Below, piece after piece: positions 1 through 12,149 of a stretch of 64,000 nt of DNA (its first letter is position 1; the number at the start of each line of letters is the position of its first letter). Origin of the DNA: Neoechinorhynchus agilis. Its lineage: Eukaryota; Animalia; Acanthocephala. The position numbers and the translations under genes are program-made. The notes beneath the pieces are model-generated. The model saw only the letters and a program-made list of their open reading frames with translations. It was not told where the DNA came from and ran no database searches. Location of the stretch: NCBI GenBank assembly GCA_051530055.1, contig CM121341.1:11634784-11698783 (forward strand), given 5' to 3'.

Positions 1-1737
1 ATTAAATAAATTCGTTTTTTGTTCATTAATGATTAAAATGGCGCTTTCCTCGTGTTTACGAGCGATCTTTACTGTCTCAAAATGATTCCGTCTACATGAA
101 ACTGGTCATAAATTCGTAGAACTTAACATGGCATTCAAATGGTGCTCATAAAAAAATCAATACAGATGTTTTTAAGCTTGCATAAATCGGAATTTAAAAT
201 AAAGTTCACTAAAGATATTTTAGGAGACAGTATGTAAGCGGCTGCTGCATATTCTTCTTTATTCAACTCATTAAACGTTCTTAATTTTCGATGGCTATTA
301 GCTGAATTGGATTTTTAGATTCATTTAGACAAAATTCGTATAAATTCTGAAATCAAATTAGGCCTTTGAAAAATCATTGTCTTTGACATTTTACGAAATC
401 TTTAAATGTGTTAGAATTTCCTTTTGCATTCAATTCGTATTTGCGAGGGCTCACAAAGCGAAAGTCGGCTGAAAAATATCTCAGGATATCGATTCTTCTA
501 ATTAAACTGTGCACTTTGAGCTAATGAAGTGCTCTCTAAAATTCTAAAATTCAGTTAGAGCGTTTCTGCTCAATAAAGTTCTGAAAGTTAATAATTACGT
601 GTTTTTTTCATGGCCCCGATTTTGTTGTATAAATTACCGTAAAAATTCGGACTTGTTTCTTTAAATCGCTGAAAATAAAGCTAATTAATCCAGAATTGAG
701 GATCGAGTTACAATTGCAAAGTCTACAATCCAAAATGTATGTTAAAAGTCGGCGACTTTTCGTATTAGATAAATTCATCGCCTATTTATAGTTCGGATGT
801 ATCTGTTTAATTTAAAAATTATTCCGCATCTTTCCGCTACTAGAATTGTCGCCCCCTCCACTTCCCGTTTATTCCTAGCCAAATGACATTAAGTAGCAAA
901 TTTCGAAAAATAACCTAATTAGAAACCGACAGTTTGACGCCTTACAACCCGCTATAATCTCGTATGCGCTGGAAAACGACCTCATATTTTCGTCTTGCGC
1001 TAAGAGGAGATATCGTTGACATTCGTAACTAGGTAAACATTTATTTCTTATAACTGCAGGAACTCGGTCTTTGTGTCACTTGAGAAAAATGATTTGTCGG
1101 TATTCCAAATGCGATGATGAACTTTAAATATTGCAAATTTAAGTGGTTTACAAGGACACCGACGTGGTTCATCGTGTTTGACTATTAGTGAAATTGGCGA
1201 TTACTTTTAAATCCTGCGATCTTATGCTTAAGGTCGAAAGATTTTATGATCAAATATCTTATTGCTTCAACTTAAATTCGTTTTTAATTAAAAAGGACAT
1301 ATTTATTTCATACAATTTTTTCGCATTTTTAGTTGTGATCTCAACCTCTCAATTTCTTTTCCTCTTAAATGTTAAAAGACGTGATTATAATTTGGCTTAA
1401 TAGTCCACCGAATGGGCAAGGTCACCGAAAGGCTTGCTGAGTTGGCTTAAATAAATATTTACGCTTTGCACTAGAAATCCACGAAGTAAATTCGCAATGA
1501 TCTTAGCATTTCTGAGACAGACTTTATTTGGTTACAGTCGATTCTCTGGCATCGATTAACTAGTGTTGCGAACGATAAATGGCATCATGTTCATGAGTGC
1601 TTCCAGGTGATAAGTTGAGCTCAGACGCGAGCCCATTTTCGTATTGATAACACTTTCTAAGATAAATATTAGATAAAAATCGTACTGAACTTGAGATCGT
1701 TTGATTTATCTAAATGCTTTGATGCCCACAAATGAAT

Positions 1738-1944
1738 CTATGACTTGTAGTTGTCGTTATGGCATTGACGAGAACGAAAATGTAACGTCTGCGTAGCTCG
1801 TGTCATTGCGAAGAGAAATGTCGGTTCCAAACTAGGAGTACGAAATTTATTGTTTGACTTTGAATTTTTCATGAGCTGATTAAAGAATGCTTTTAGTGTA
1901 GATTTTTTCCATTTTTTATCTTCAAAATTTACCAGAAAATACAA
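1738..1944 (-). mobile_element. Possible decayed Tc1/mariner (maT-like) transposase N-terminal relic
   Basis: Translation FEDKKWKKSTLKAFFNQLMKNSKS resembles the K.W..STL HTH region of maT/Tc1 transposases; no catalytic triad or TIRs could be confirmed. Confidence 0.2.
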
Positions 1945-3425
1945 ATAGAAATTTAACTCAAATGTCTTTTCCTAAAGATCACCGTCCCCTTTTGTCTCAA
2001 AAGGTTGTGATTTATGCTTTTGTTAGGTATTGTTTCGGCGAAATTCAGAGCCGGTGTCGTTCTTCGCGTGAATAAAATTAATGGTATCAACCGTTAAAGT
2101 ACTCAAAATATTTACTGAGATCAAAAGGTGTTTTTTTAAAAATTATGCAGCCCCGTTTAAGATTTTAATATTCTTAAACGATTTTTTCTTTAGAGTCGGT
2201 TGCTTATGTAGTCGGAAATTAAGCAAATTTGTTCAAGCACGAAGTTTCAGATTCCATGACCTTAATTAAATTATCGATACAACCGACTATTAATTTTACT
2301 AAAACTGTAATATACTAAAATGCTTTATACTAAAGGAAGTTTATAACTAGTACTATTCTTAAAATCTTTCACGATTTTGGGTTCTACATTAACGTGACCT
2401 TAGTTTCGACTTTTAAGAAGATAAATTTGTCGAATTTTAATGGTGGGTCTTGTAATCAATTTAATCTGAATAATACGTAGCGTTTTTTCGCGCAGTTTGC
2501 ATCTTTTCATAGACAAGACTTAAAGGTTTTTGTCCAAATATTTTTTAAATGTAAATTCAACGCACATTTGGGCCATTTCGATTTCATCTACTTTGAAACA
2601 AACAATGCAAACGCTGAATTACAGTTAATTTAGATAATGAAATATTTATTGAATTCGGTTAGACTAATGCCCGTACTTCTGGAATAAATACTTTTTGACT
2701 TAAAATGAACAAATTTCCGAGTAAGATTTTACCAGGATTACAATATTTAAGTGTTTTAAGTAGTGGTAAAATCATTCGAATTAAAAAAAACTGTTATTTC
2801 CATTTGGCACAATCTAGATTTGAAATTCTTCAATATCTGAAGGTAGCGATTCTAACCATAAATTGTTTCGTAAAAATCCGGTGTGTTATTTTAGGTCTAT
2901 TTTTGTGCTTCCATTTGACAGACGCCTTATTCCGGAAAACTTTTAAACCCCAGCTACAACCCTCATTTTCAATGGACGAATGCACATATATCGACAGTCT
3001 CCAAATTGAGCATCCTCATCTTTGTCTTCCCATCTAATTAAGCTTCAGTGTTCCGGAAACACTCAATCTAGAAAGCTACGTGAAGATCTCACGCTTTCCA
3101 TCTACTATTAAACACCACCGAATATGCTGTGTCAATACGTATTCACATAGCTCCCTTCCATCAGTTTCCACACAAAACATCCGTGTTTTGAGGGAACGCG
3201 ACTATAACCCCCTGGTAGCTGCGGCATCATCATCGCAATTCCTTCCTTCTGCTTCCGTATGCGTCAAAGCCACACACACGTTATTCTTTTTTCTGTTGTT
3301 TCAAAACGTCGAATCAATCAATGAGCTCCGATGGGAGTCACTAATTTCCCCGTTTTTCTATTTGGTGGAATCCTTAGCATTTAAACACCGCGCACACACA
3401 CTACAGAGACAACTCACTGAGAGCA

Positions 3426-5650
3426 ATGACAACATCGTCAAAAAAACATCAAACATCGAGGCTGAACAAACTCAGATCTATATTGTACAATAATCAAAAA
3501 CGAACTGTTCTAGGACGAGGATGTCTCGCCTGGGGTAAGTTCCAAAAGTCCGTTCCAATCTTCTCCCGGTCTCTGTTATTTAGCACAAATCGCATTGTTC
3601 TATTGTGTGTTCTACGCCTTCCTCGCTGCATTTTTCGCCGGAATGCTTTTTGTAGTCCGGCTATTGACACCAATCGATCGGCCACTTTATTTCATGGGTG
3701 AAAGTGCCATGGCTAGTATCTACGCACTCAATCCAGGTAAGACTATAAAGCGACTTCCACAGGACTAACATTCACGCCCTCTTCATTTTTCCAAATTGAA
3801 CGCAATTATGAAACGCATTATCCAATTCTGTCTTTTAAAGCATTTTCTATGATCTAAGACACATTTGCATATTCTAATCTAGCTTACCATTAACCGAAGT
3901 GCTATGAGTAGAAACAAAACGTGTGTGTGCGCACACACGCTACAATGAGTTCTTTGGCGCTTTTTCATTGACATGAGACTTCGTTTGACAATCGTGTATC
4001 CTTTTCGGAGAGAGATCTTAATATTACATTATATTCTTTATAGAGAGAACTGCAGGCAAATGGACCAGTTGTGCAAAAATGAAAGCCAACGATGTGCCAC
4101 TAAGCATCTATTAGAAAGTCTCTCTAGTTTTTACATTGATAATCAGATCACATTTGCTTTTTCGACTACAAAAAGTCGAAAATCCGTGAATGCGTTCTTA
4201 GTATCGATTAGTAAACTCAAAAATAAAAGAATATTGTCGTTATTATTTTCGATCAGCCTGTCTTTTCCACTTTTTTCGCTTCATCCGTCTCCAACTGTGA
4301 CGGATTTTTGCGATAAATTTTTATTAATAATTATGTCGCGTTATTTTACTCGGGGTTTTTAGCTTATATGTACTTCGATGGTTTCGATTGATGATATCTC
4401 TGATCATTAAATTTTGAGGGCCGGTATATCAAAAAGTTCTGAAATTAATCAAAAGTGGCGGCAATTCTAAAAAATATTTGTAAAGTGTCAAAGATTGAGT
4501 TCATATCAAAAAACTATCGAATTCTGCAATAGTTAAAATAGTCGGAGTTATTTTCTTTGATTATAGTTGAAAGTTTAAGCTATTAATCTTTGAGCTCAAT
4601 TAGAGAAACTAACCCGGGAACTTAAAGTTTTACTATTTCGACGACGAAAAATGAGAAGATGAAAACGTGGAATATTTTTGTGTAGCGTCTGAAATATTTT
4701 GAAGGCTGTTCGTCCATCTTTAATATTGAATTTATCTTCTAAAATATTTAATTTTTAAAGACACGTTTTGCCTAAAATCAACTTACAAATCTTCAAAGAA
4801 GTTAGGATTAAATGATATTGAAAAAACACATTTATGAATTTTGCGTTTAAGTAACACTGTATAAAATTTTGAATTCCGTTTATTTATACAACATTATCAA
4901 CTTAAGGCCTACATAACTGTTAAAATATTTTTCATAGGTGTTGGTTTTCGCCCACAACCGGACGTCCAATCCGAGTCGATAACATTTGCAAAGTCATCAA
5001 ACCAATCAGGGCCCCTTTCCTACATTCCTTACGTTCAAGACATTGACAATTATCTCAATCAATTTTACCAATCATCAGATGACAAGACTGAAAAATGTGC
5101 GAATGGAGAATCGCCATCCGAATCTCAAAAGAGTTGCATATTCGAAATGGATGCAAGCGGGGAATGCACTTCTGCAAATAAGTATGGTTACCCGCAAGGT
5201 CGACCTTGCGTTCTAGTCAAACTGAACAGGCTATATGGCTGGAAAAGTGGAGGTATGCCGCGATGTCCAGAAGAGGACGAGATTGGCGACGGTAAAGGCA
5301 ATTTGGGGACGGGCGGTGATATTCGTATAAAATGTGCGGGTGAAACAGCAGCCGATCGTGATAACATTCAATCGATTCAATACTTTTCTTATAGTGGAAA
5401 GAGCGGAGATTGTGGTAGTTTACCCAACTCTCCGTCTTTCTATCCTTTCTTGTCACAAAAGGATTACCAAACTCCTTATGTATTCGTTCAATTTGATACG
5501 ACACCAAACACTATTGTTTCTATTCTTTGTAGAGCTTACGGAGATAATATCGATAATGGAAGTAAGTTACCGATGCGTGGAATGACTAGATTTAAGGTAT
5601 TCCAACAAAGCGAAAAAAGCGTAGGCTCAGCAAAAACCGAAGAACTGTGA
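3426..5650 (+). CDS. ATP1B: Na+/K+-ATPase beta subunit; exons 3426-3534, 3584-3736, 4938-5650 (324 aa)
   Basis: GT-AG introns 3535-3583 (gtaagt..tttag) and 3737-4937 (gtaag..catag) join in frame: YNNQKRTVLGRGCLAW-AQIALFYCVFYAFLAAFFAGML (TM)-NPGVGFRPQP...YGYPQGRPCVLVKLNRLYGW...FYPFLSQKDYQTPYVFVQF...CRAYGDNI; these are the family motifs, including the extracellular cysteines. Confidence 0.95.
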
Positions 5651-6160
5651 ATCAGTGTGGGTAAATTTGTACTAGTAGAAAGAAAAACGAACGTTTTCAA
5701 ATATTTACAAGTAGTGAAAAGTAGGATTAGACGCAATAATGGTGTTGCAATTATTCCGCATAGCCACACCATTTTAATATACTTTAAAGGAAGTATATAC
5801 TTTTGAATCAAATTTTGTGAAGTGCAGTTTCGCTCATACGTTTGAGAACTAGGTATATTTTGCTTATTATAAGGGCACACATTTTTCATAATATCTCCGC
5901 GGCTAATAAACTTTCATGCGCGCAGGATTATATGATGGTGTACTTCACTAGCAAAAGACCAATGATTTCAAATATAAACACCTTAAGAATCAGTGTGTAA
6001 ACCACATCTATTGAAGGAGAGTTTTGATCCGCACACTCCATAAAAGTCAAACCCTTTTTTAATTTTTGCTTCGTTCAAATCTCGACCAAAATGATTTGCG
6101 TACAGACCATTCCTTGATACTTCCAAAAGCTTTTGGCTCCAACAGATATAGTTGATTTAT

Positions 6161-6199
6161 TTGCCTAGCTTTCGCCGTCTTACGGCTTCAACTGGGCAA
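6161..6199 (-). ncRNA. Degenerate minimal type-I hammerhead motif downstream of a PLE endonuclease relic
   Basis: Minus strand TTGCC-CAGTTGA-A-GCCGT-AAG-ACGGC-GAA-AGCT-A-GGCAA: perfect stems I and II and palindromic stem III; core CAGTTGA differs from CTGATGA at two positions. Confidence 0.6.
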
Positions 6200-6229
6200 T
6201 CTAAAATGTGAGGCGGGGACACACAAAAA

Positions 6230-6720
6230 AGTCACAACATCCACATCGACTCCACTAACTCATCCCTCTTGTGGTTGATGAGGTGCATCCGCCTTCATCC
6301 TCAGTTCTTTCCCGATTCGAACTCATCGCTTCTCCCGAAATCACCGCCTCTATCGCAAAATCCACCGCATATCGGGCTTTATAAATGATACACCGCGAAT
6401 TGTGTTTCGCCCGAGGTGTGACTGCTGGCACGCTGGGGTTGAGCGCATTACGAACATGCTCCGTAACTCGTTTGTTCAGCGGTCGCTCCGTCTTCCCAAT
6501 ATATGTGACATAACGCCATTTCCTTTTTCTTTGCGACGTTTGCAGGTCATCTTATACACAACGTTGCGTTCTCTCCACACCGAGCACCACCATATTGACC
6601 CTTCATGCTCGTGTCCTTGCCTGGCGCAAAACTACACATCTTACATGCGCTCGGGCATGAACTTAGTGCTTCATGATGTCCCCCGTCCTCGTCATGATTC
6701 GACGCTCCGGTGAACCAGGC
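6230..6720 (-). mobile_element. Penelope-like element 3' fragment (GIY-YIG endonuclease), frameshifted
   Basis: Minus translation NVVYKMTCKR...(frameshift) YIGKTERPLNKRVTEH; hammerhead-like motif just downstream. Confidence 0.8.
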
Positions 6721-7493
6721 GAACATCTAATTACGCTCCTCGCAGCATTAGGGTTGTATATGTCAAATTAAATTAAAATAAAGGCATGCGCATTTGAGCA
6801 CAAGAAAAGTAAAGACCCTTTGTTTCCAGTTTACTCTTTTGTGATTAGTGCCGACTCGTCGTTATCGTAGGAAACAAATATCATTATTTTTAAACTTGTA
6901 ATTTTACCGAACGGTTCAAATATTTTCTCCAATTGCTTTTCGTCGACATTCTATTTTAAATGTTTTTAAAAAGATTTTTGCTTTTGCAACAACAAATGTT
7001 ACTCAGAAATCTCTTTCGCCAATTTTCCGACATACATGCAAACTCCTGTATTACTTTGGTTCTGTGCATTCTTAACATATTTTGCATTTTGATTCATAAG
7101 TTCTTAGAGGCTAACCAAAGTTTTAATTTTAGAAAGCTCGATTCAAAGAAAAAGGACATTGCTTACCTTTGAACAAGTAGCTAAAAAGGCAAATTCGTGT
7201 ATTTTAGTCGTTTTTAGTGAACTCTCGTTTCCATGGCGACCACGGACACTCTTATTTCGGTTTCTTGATTATAATTGACCTGATTTACTTGCGCGGACTT
7301 TAAACTTGGTATTTTCCAGTCGTTTGTATTTAAAACAAATATCAGATAGTTGAGAATTAAAGCAATATGCTTAGATTGATGGATATTTTCGTGAGTCAAA
7401 AGGTATACGTCGTCGATAACAGTAAATCTTTTCATTTAACTACAGTTACCTTTGTGTATCGATAAATTATGCGATATGCATTGAACTCCAATT

Positions 7494-7574
7494 GACGAGG
7501 TGGCCGAGCGGTTAAGGCGTTAGACTGCTAATCTAATGGGTTATCCCGCGTGGGTTCGAATCCCACCCTCGTCG
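7494..7574 (+). tRNA. tRNA-Ser(GCT): tRNA-Ser (anticodon GCT), 81 nt, long variable arm
   Basis: GACGAGGTGGCCGAGCGGTTAAGGCG-TTAGA-CTGCTAA-TCTAA-TGGGTTATCCC-GCGTGGGTTCGAATCCCACCCTCGTCG; cloverleaf with A and B boxes intact. Confidence 0.97.
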
Positions 7575-7919
7575 GATGGTACGGTGTTCGCTATGGCTCA
7601 CAGCTCGTTAATCCCGTGCTTATTTTAAACTCTAAGCGCAAAGCCGTAGCTGCTTACGAGGAAAGAACTCTTTTTTAGGTCGGTATGTCACCTCGGACGA
7701 ATCGCAGGGTCACTTAAATGATACCCTTTAAAATTTTTGCTAATAATTTAAAACCTCGATTGACATTTTGTTTAGATCGACAGCTGCAGCGGTGCAATTC
7801 TTGCTAGTAAACGGTATTTTCGTTCGGCAATAAGTACAATATAAATATTCTATCTATTGAACGGCAACATCGACAGTATTCGCACTCTAATGCAGATTAA
7901 TTTAAACTCTGTTTCACAA

Positions 7920-8216
7920 TCAAGCAAACATTTTTGGATATACTTTTGTCTGCACAAACTCAACTTCTTCTTTCCACTTTAAATCATCTTGATCGCTGAG
8001 TAAATGAATCTTTAACCCAGCTAAGACGGGAGCTGTATTTTCCGGAACTTTTTCGAGCCGTGCTATGGCTGAAACAAAACTTCCTAAAACACAGCTACAA
8101 AGTATTGCTCGTGTCACTCTCAATAAACCTTCAACAATGTCCTTGTGTTTAAAAGCAGTTTTATCGAGTCGAACAATGAGAGCAGATGCGTCCGAATAGT
8201 CTCTTAAGACCATCAT
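7920..8216 (-). CDS. Possible last exon of an unidentified gene (98 aa)
   Basis: Open frame with protein-like composition; candidate splice signals (cacag acceptor, gtaac and gtgagt donors) lie upstream at ~8240-8330; no family recognised. Confidence 0.3.
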   Translation of the reverse strand: MMVLRDYSDASALIVRLDKTAFKHKDIVEGLLRVTRAILCSCVLGSFVSAIARLEKVPENTAPVLAGLKIHLLSDQDDLKWKEEVEFVQTKVYPKMFA

Positions 8217-8933
8217 ATTGACATCATTGAATAACTGTGCTCATGCAGAATTTCGGAAAAATATGCTTGTTAGAAACAAAATGTTACCTTTTGAATGTGC
8301 CCCTGGAGCCACACAAGACTCACCTTTATCGCGACATCACTTTGAAGAAGTTTTGTATGGAATGAACCATCAATTAGTACAGCCTGACGCAATTGAGCGA
8401 TGTTAAGCTTCAAGGCTGGGTCCATTGACATCAAAATATCTAGAATTGCGATTAAACGTGAAGAAAATATCCGTAAAAAACTTAAATGTGAGAATTTGTT
8501 CGCCTTTCCATCTAAAGAATTTATAGGACATGCAAATTAGTTTCAACAATTAAAAACAGAATATACAAGCAGATGCGCTTGGATTCAAGATTTTCATCGT
8601 TTCGGCTGAAATCGATTAAAAGGATTTCATGGATGTTGTATGCCTTCAAAATTCACGATACACAATATGGTTTATGATTGAGAAATGTATCCAATTAAAT
8701 TTTTCTATGTATGTTTCGCTCAGCAAAAAGGATCATTAAGTCGAAATCGAACAAATGACCAACATAACTACTAGTAATGTGGCTAGAATTATTATATCAG
8801 GCACCATGCAAAGATACATTAGAGCTAAAAAATCACACGCTAATCCACCGAAATGGTAATTTCCAGTGTATCAAAATGTCACAAATAATACTATTGAAAG
8901 AAATCTCATCTCTTACAAGTATGTTTTCAACTT

Positions 8934-9926
8934 TTATGATATCGGATTGATCAGAGATAGGCCCGTCATAGGAATGTACTCCATTGCAAGTTTCTGTTGG
9001 AACAACGACCACCAATCTATCCCAGAAAAGAAATTGTGACTTTTAAGTTTATCTACTGTATTTCGTCCGCATCCAAGTCTTCTGTCAACTTCTGAGGTCA
9101 AAAGTCCAGACACAAATTCAGTCAGTTCTTTTGAAAAATACTTTGGCATCTCCATTTTCATTGCCCGAATTTTTGAGATTATTTCTAAAATTTCACTTCC
9201 CTCGAAGGGGCCATGTCCAGTGTGCAGTTCGTACGTCAATACACCTAATGCCCACCAATCCACACTTGAAGTATAACCACGTCCACTCAAAATTTCAGGA
9301 GCCATGTATTCTGGCGTCCCGAGAAATGTGAATGTTATACCGTCCAGAAACTTGGCGAATCCAAAGTCAGCAACTTTGACGTATCCTCGTTCATCAAGTA
9401 AAACATTAGCTGTTTGTATGTTTCTATGGACGACGCTAAGACGATGAAGGTACTCGAGGACAAGAACGATCTGAGCAATAATTTGCCGACTTTCGGATTC
9501 ACTGAAACGCTTCTTTATTCTTAAATGCTGGTCCAAAGCGCCGCCGACGATCGTTTTTGTCACAATGTACATGTGACTGTTGTCCTCGAAGTAACCCATA
9601 AATGTAACAACACTTGGATGAGTAATGCTTCCTAACAATATAATTTCAGCCATTGAACGTTCAGATCGTTCAGTGCTGTCCAATGTTATTTTTTCAGTCA
9701 TTTTAATCGTGCAAGGTACACCACCTCGAGTACCAAAAAACACCGTGCCAAAAGTCCCCTTATTAATCATCTCTCCTAATGCAATTCCACTTACTTGAAG
9801 AGGCTCTGGATTCTTTGGCTCCTTAAAATTATGACGGAAATACAATTGAGCGCTACGATAAAAAGATTCAAAATCGTCAAACGAATTGGGAAACAGAGCT
9901 TCTGGAATATTTTTCAATATTTCCAT
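8934..9926 (-). CDS. Intronless PKA-catalytic-like AGC kinase, 330 aa, probable pseudokinase
   Basis: KGTFGTV, CTIK, DFGFAK, TFTFLGTPEYMAPEIL, VDWWALGVLTYE, DRRLG, IDW are PKA-type motifs; catalytic loop reads HRNIQTAN instead of HRDLKPEN. Confidence 0.9.
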   Translation of the reverse strand: MEILKNIPEALFPNSFDDFESFYRSAQLYFRHNFKEPKNPEPLQVSGIALGEMINKGTFGTVFFGTRGGVPCTIKMTEKITLDSTERSERSMAEIILLGSITHPSVVTFMGYFEDNSHMYIVTKTIVGGALDQHLRIKKRFSESESRQIIAQIVLVLEYLHRLSVVHRNIQTANVLLDERGYVKVADFGFAKFLDGITFTFLGTPEYMAPEILSGRGYTSSVDWWALGVLTYELHTGHGPFEGSEILEIISKIRAMKMEMPKYFSKELTEFVSGLLTSEVDRRLGCGRNTVDKLKSHNFFSGIDWWSLFQQKLAMEYIPMTGLSLINPIS

Positions 9927-10076
9927 TTTCTATTACAATCATTCGAGTGCGCGTAAATTGGATTTGATAAGCTTCGATTACCATGGCAACCACTTGGAAA
10001 TGAGACCGATAATATATTGCTCATTGTTAAACGCAAACGTGGTGTTTTTCATATACAATTGAACTTAATATCCTTT

Positions 10077-10315
10077 GGAATTATTGTTTAGAAGTCTTCA
10101 CAGGCGGTAAATGATTATTTATTAAAGAAGTTCTGCGAACCTAATCGGGTTAATTATCAGTTCTAAAATACAAGTGGATGGATGAGTAATTATTTCGCTC
10201 TCACACGCGAGAGCGAAGATTCGAAACATCTTTAATAAATAATAATTTACCGCCTGTGAAGACTTCTTAACAATAATTCCAATAACATTCCTCTGTACCT
10301 CACATATCGACATTT
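10077..10315. mobile_element. Non-autonomous hammerhead-family insertion (inverted arm ~10077-10190, forward arm ~10220-10315)
   Basis: Inverted and forward copies of tttaataaataa..tttaccgcctgtgaagacttc..aacaataattcc; only the forward arm carries the 31-nt tail ending gtacctcacatatcgac; flanked by TTAATATCCTTT (10065-10076) and TTAATACCTTT (10316-10326). Confidence 0.8.
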
Positions 10316-10869
10316 TTAATACCTTTTTGCCCGAAACTTTCAGCGTGTCAAAGTTTGAAAAATTAATTTTATTCAAACTGAGCAAAAGAGGATAAAACAA
10401 TCATGGGGAAGACCCTTCTAAAGAAAGTAATCTAGATTATTTACAAGCAAGACTGGAGACTATTTCTTACAAAGATTTGGATACATTCGAAGAAATACAA
10501 TGATATAAGATTCAAAGTTGTGCAGAAAAAGGGACTTATTTTGTTCCCTTGGCTTGTCAGTATAATAATAACAACACGTTTATTTGTTATTTAACAAAAG
10601 TTGGACTCATGTACCTTTGGGTTCTCTGTACCTTTGGGAAGATGGAAACCCGGCTGGATACTAAATGGTAAGTAAATTTTAAGTCATATGAGAATTGTAA
10701 AAATAATAAATCGTTTAAACATAAAGCACGAAAGTCGCAACAATCCTACAGCATACCAAATGAAACACGAATTAAATATAAGGATAGAAAATGCAGCAAA
10801 GCTTCTATTGATTTAACATAACAGTTTTCAACTTTTTTTGTAGCCACGACCAAAATTTGTTTTATGGTA

Positions 10870-11405
10870 ACGACCCTACAACGTATCTTTGAACTTTTCT
10901 CTCACTTGAGAGGTCGTTCTTTTCAGTATTGTCGGTTTTCGTCTTTGCTCTTCTCTTTTCCCAGCGTTTTGAGATCTCCGCTCACACTGTCCTCCCACCT
11001 TTTCTTGAGCCTTCCTGTTCTCCTTTTTTCCTTGAGCTGCGTCTTCATCTGCTTGTGTCACCTGCAGGTACCATCGCATCCGCCTCTTAGCGATTGCCTC
11101 CTCGATTGGCTCGGCAGCGAGCAGCTTTCGCACCTCCTCATTGGGCACTCGATCCTTGCGTGTCAATCCTGCGGACGATCTCAGCATCCGCATTTCGTTG
11201 TTTAGAAAACCGAAATATTCCTGAGAAAAGTGACCAGACAGAGTGTAGTATCATTTTTTATTTTCCGACAACGACCATTCTCTAATGAGTGCGACTTTTG
11301 AGCTTGTTTCCTTTGCACAATTTCCTTGATTCGAGGTTGAATAGTTGGCACGGCCTCTGCCAGACAGAGAACTTTTTTCCAATTTTTGGGCTTATTTCGT
11401 CCCAC
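10870..11405 (-). mobile_element. RTE-clade LINE 3' fragment
   Basis: NWKKVLCLAEAVP...MRMLRSSAGLTRKDRVPNEEVRKLLAAEPIEEAIAKRRMRW matches the RTE RT C-terminal pattern EMRMLR..G.TR.DR+RNE.+R...RLRW. Confidence 0.8.
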
Positions 11406-12149
11406 ACATGAATCATCATTCGTTTTTTAATCATAACATAATAAAGTACAAAACGTGCAATCGCCACCGTCCGCAATCTATACGTCTCTACTCCGAAGGG
11501 GACAAAGTAGTGGGCCCTTGCTAGATGAAATTTTAGGGGCACATTAAAATCAAGTGATTTTATGCGCTTCCCTGGACCAGATCTGTGGGCTTTGTGCCCG
11601 AATAAAAATTAACAGCCATGAAAAAGGCCACATTATAAACACGGATTAAAAGTTACCGGCTGACTAGATTTCAGAAATCAAAAATTTATTTATTCGTTTA
11701 ATGTGTTAGATTAGTGATTTTCAACCTTGGGGTCAAGAACCAACTAGAGGTTCAGTTGGGGTTGTCCGTAATACTAATTTCTTCATTAAAATGGTTCATA
11801 GCAATTTTGGATGGCATTTTTCTGTACACCGAAAATCCCACCACGCTATTGCGAGCATTATAAAACATCCCGCTTGCATTTTTGTCGTAGATGGAGCTCG
11901 AAACCGAATTGAGAGCAAAACATGTCATGACTCCATCCTGTTCTCTTTTGCTGTCATTACCAAGGAACTCGGAGCAGTGATGACGCTGACCCTCAGGAAG
12001 GTCGATCTACTGCTTTTGCGTTGAAGATCAACGTCATCGCCGCTCGTACTTCTCCGAGATCCATGATTATGGCGGCATTTGTTTACCGAGCCAAAGAACG
12101 GAAAACAGCAACTAACTTTTTGTAGCTGCAAAGATTGACCGTCCAAAAC

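Noticed and set aside
2880-3260. RTE-like LINE relic on the minus strand (KMRML, IENEG fragments)
   Set aside because: Only scattered motif fragments across frames; not supportable without a search.
3080-3493. 137-aa ORF upstream of the ATPase beta gene
   Set aside because: Non-ATG start, no recognisable domain, overlaps the real start codon in another frame.
8218-8406. 62-aa plus-strand ORF; also a possible 21-nt intron (gtgagt..ctccag) on the minus strand
   Set aside because: No homology or transcript support; a single ultra-short intron candidate is not enough to infer tiny introns or a taxon.
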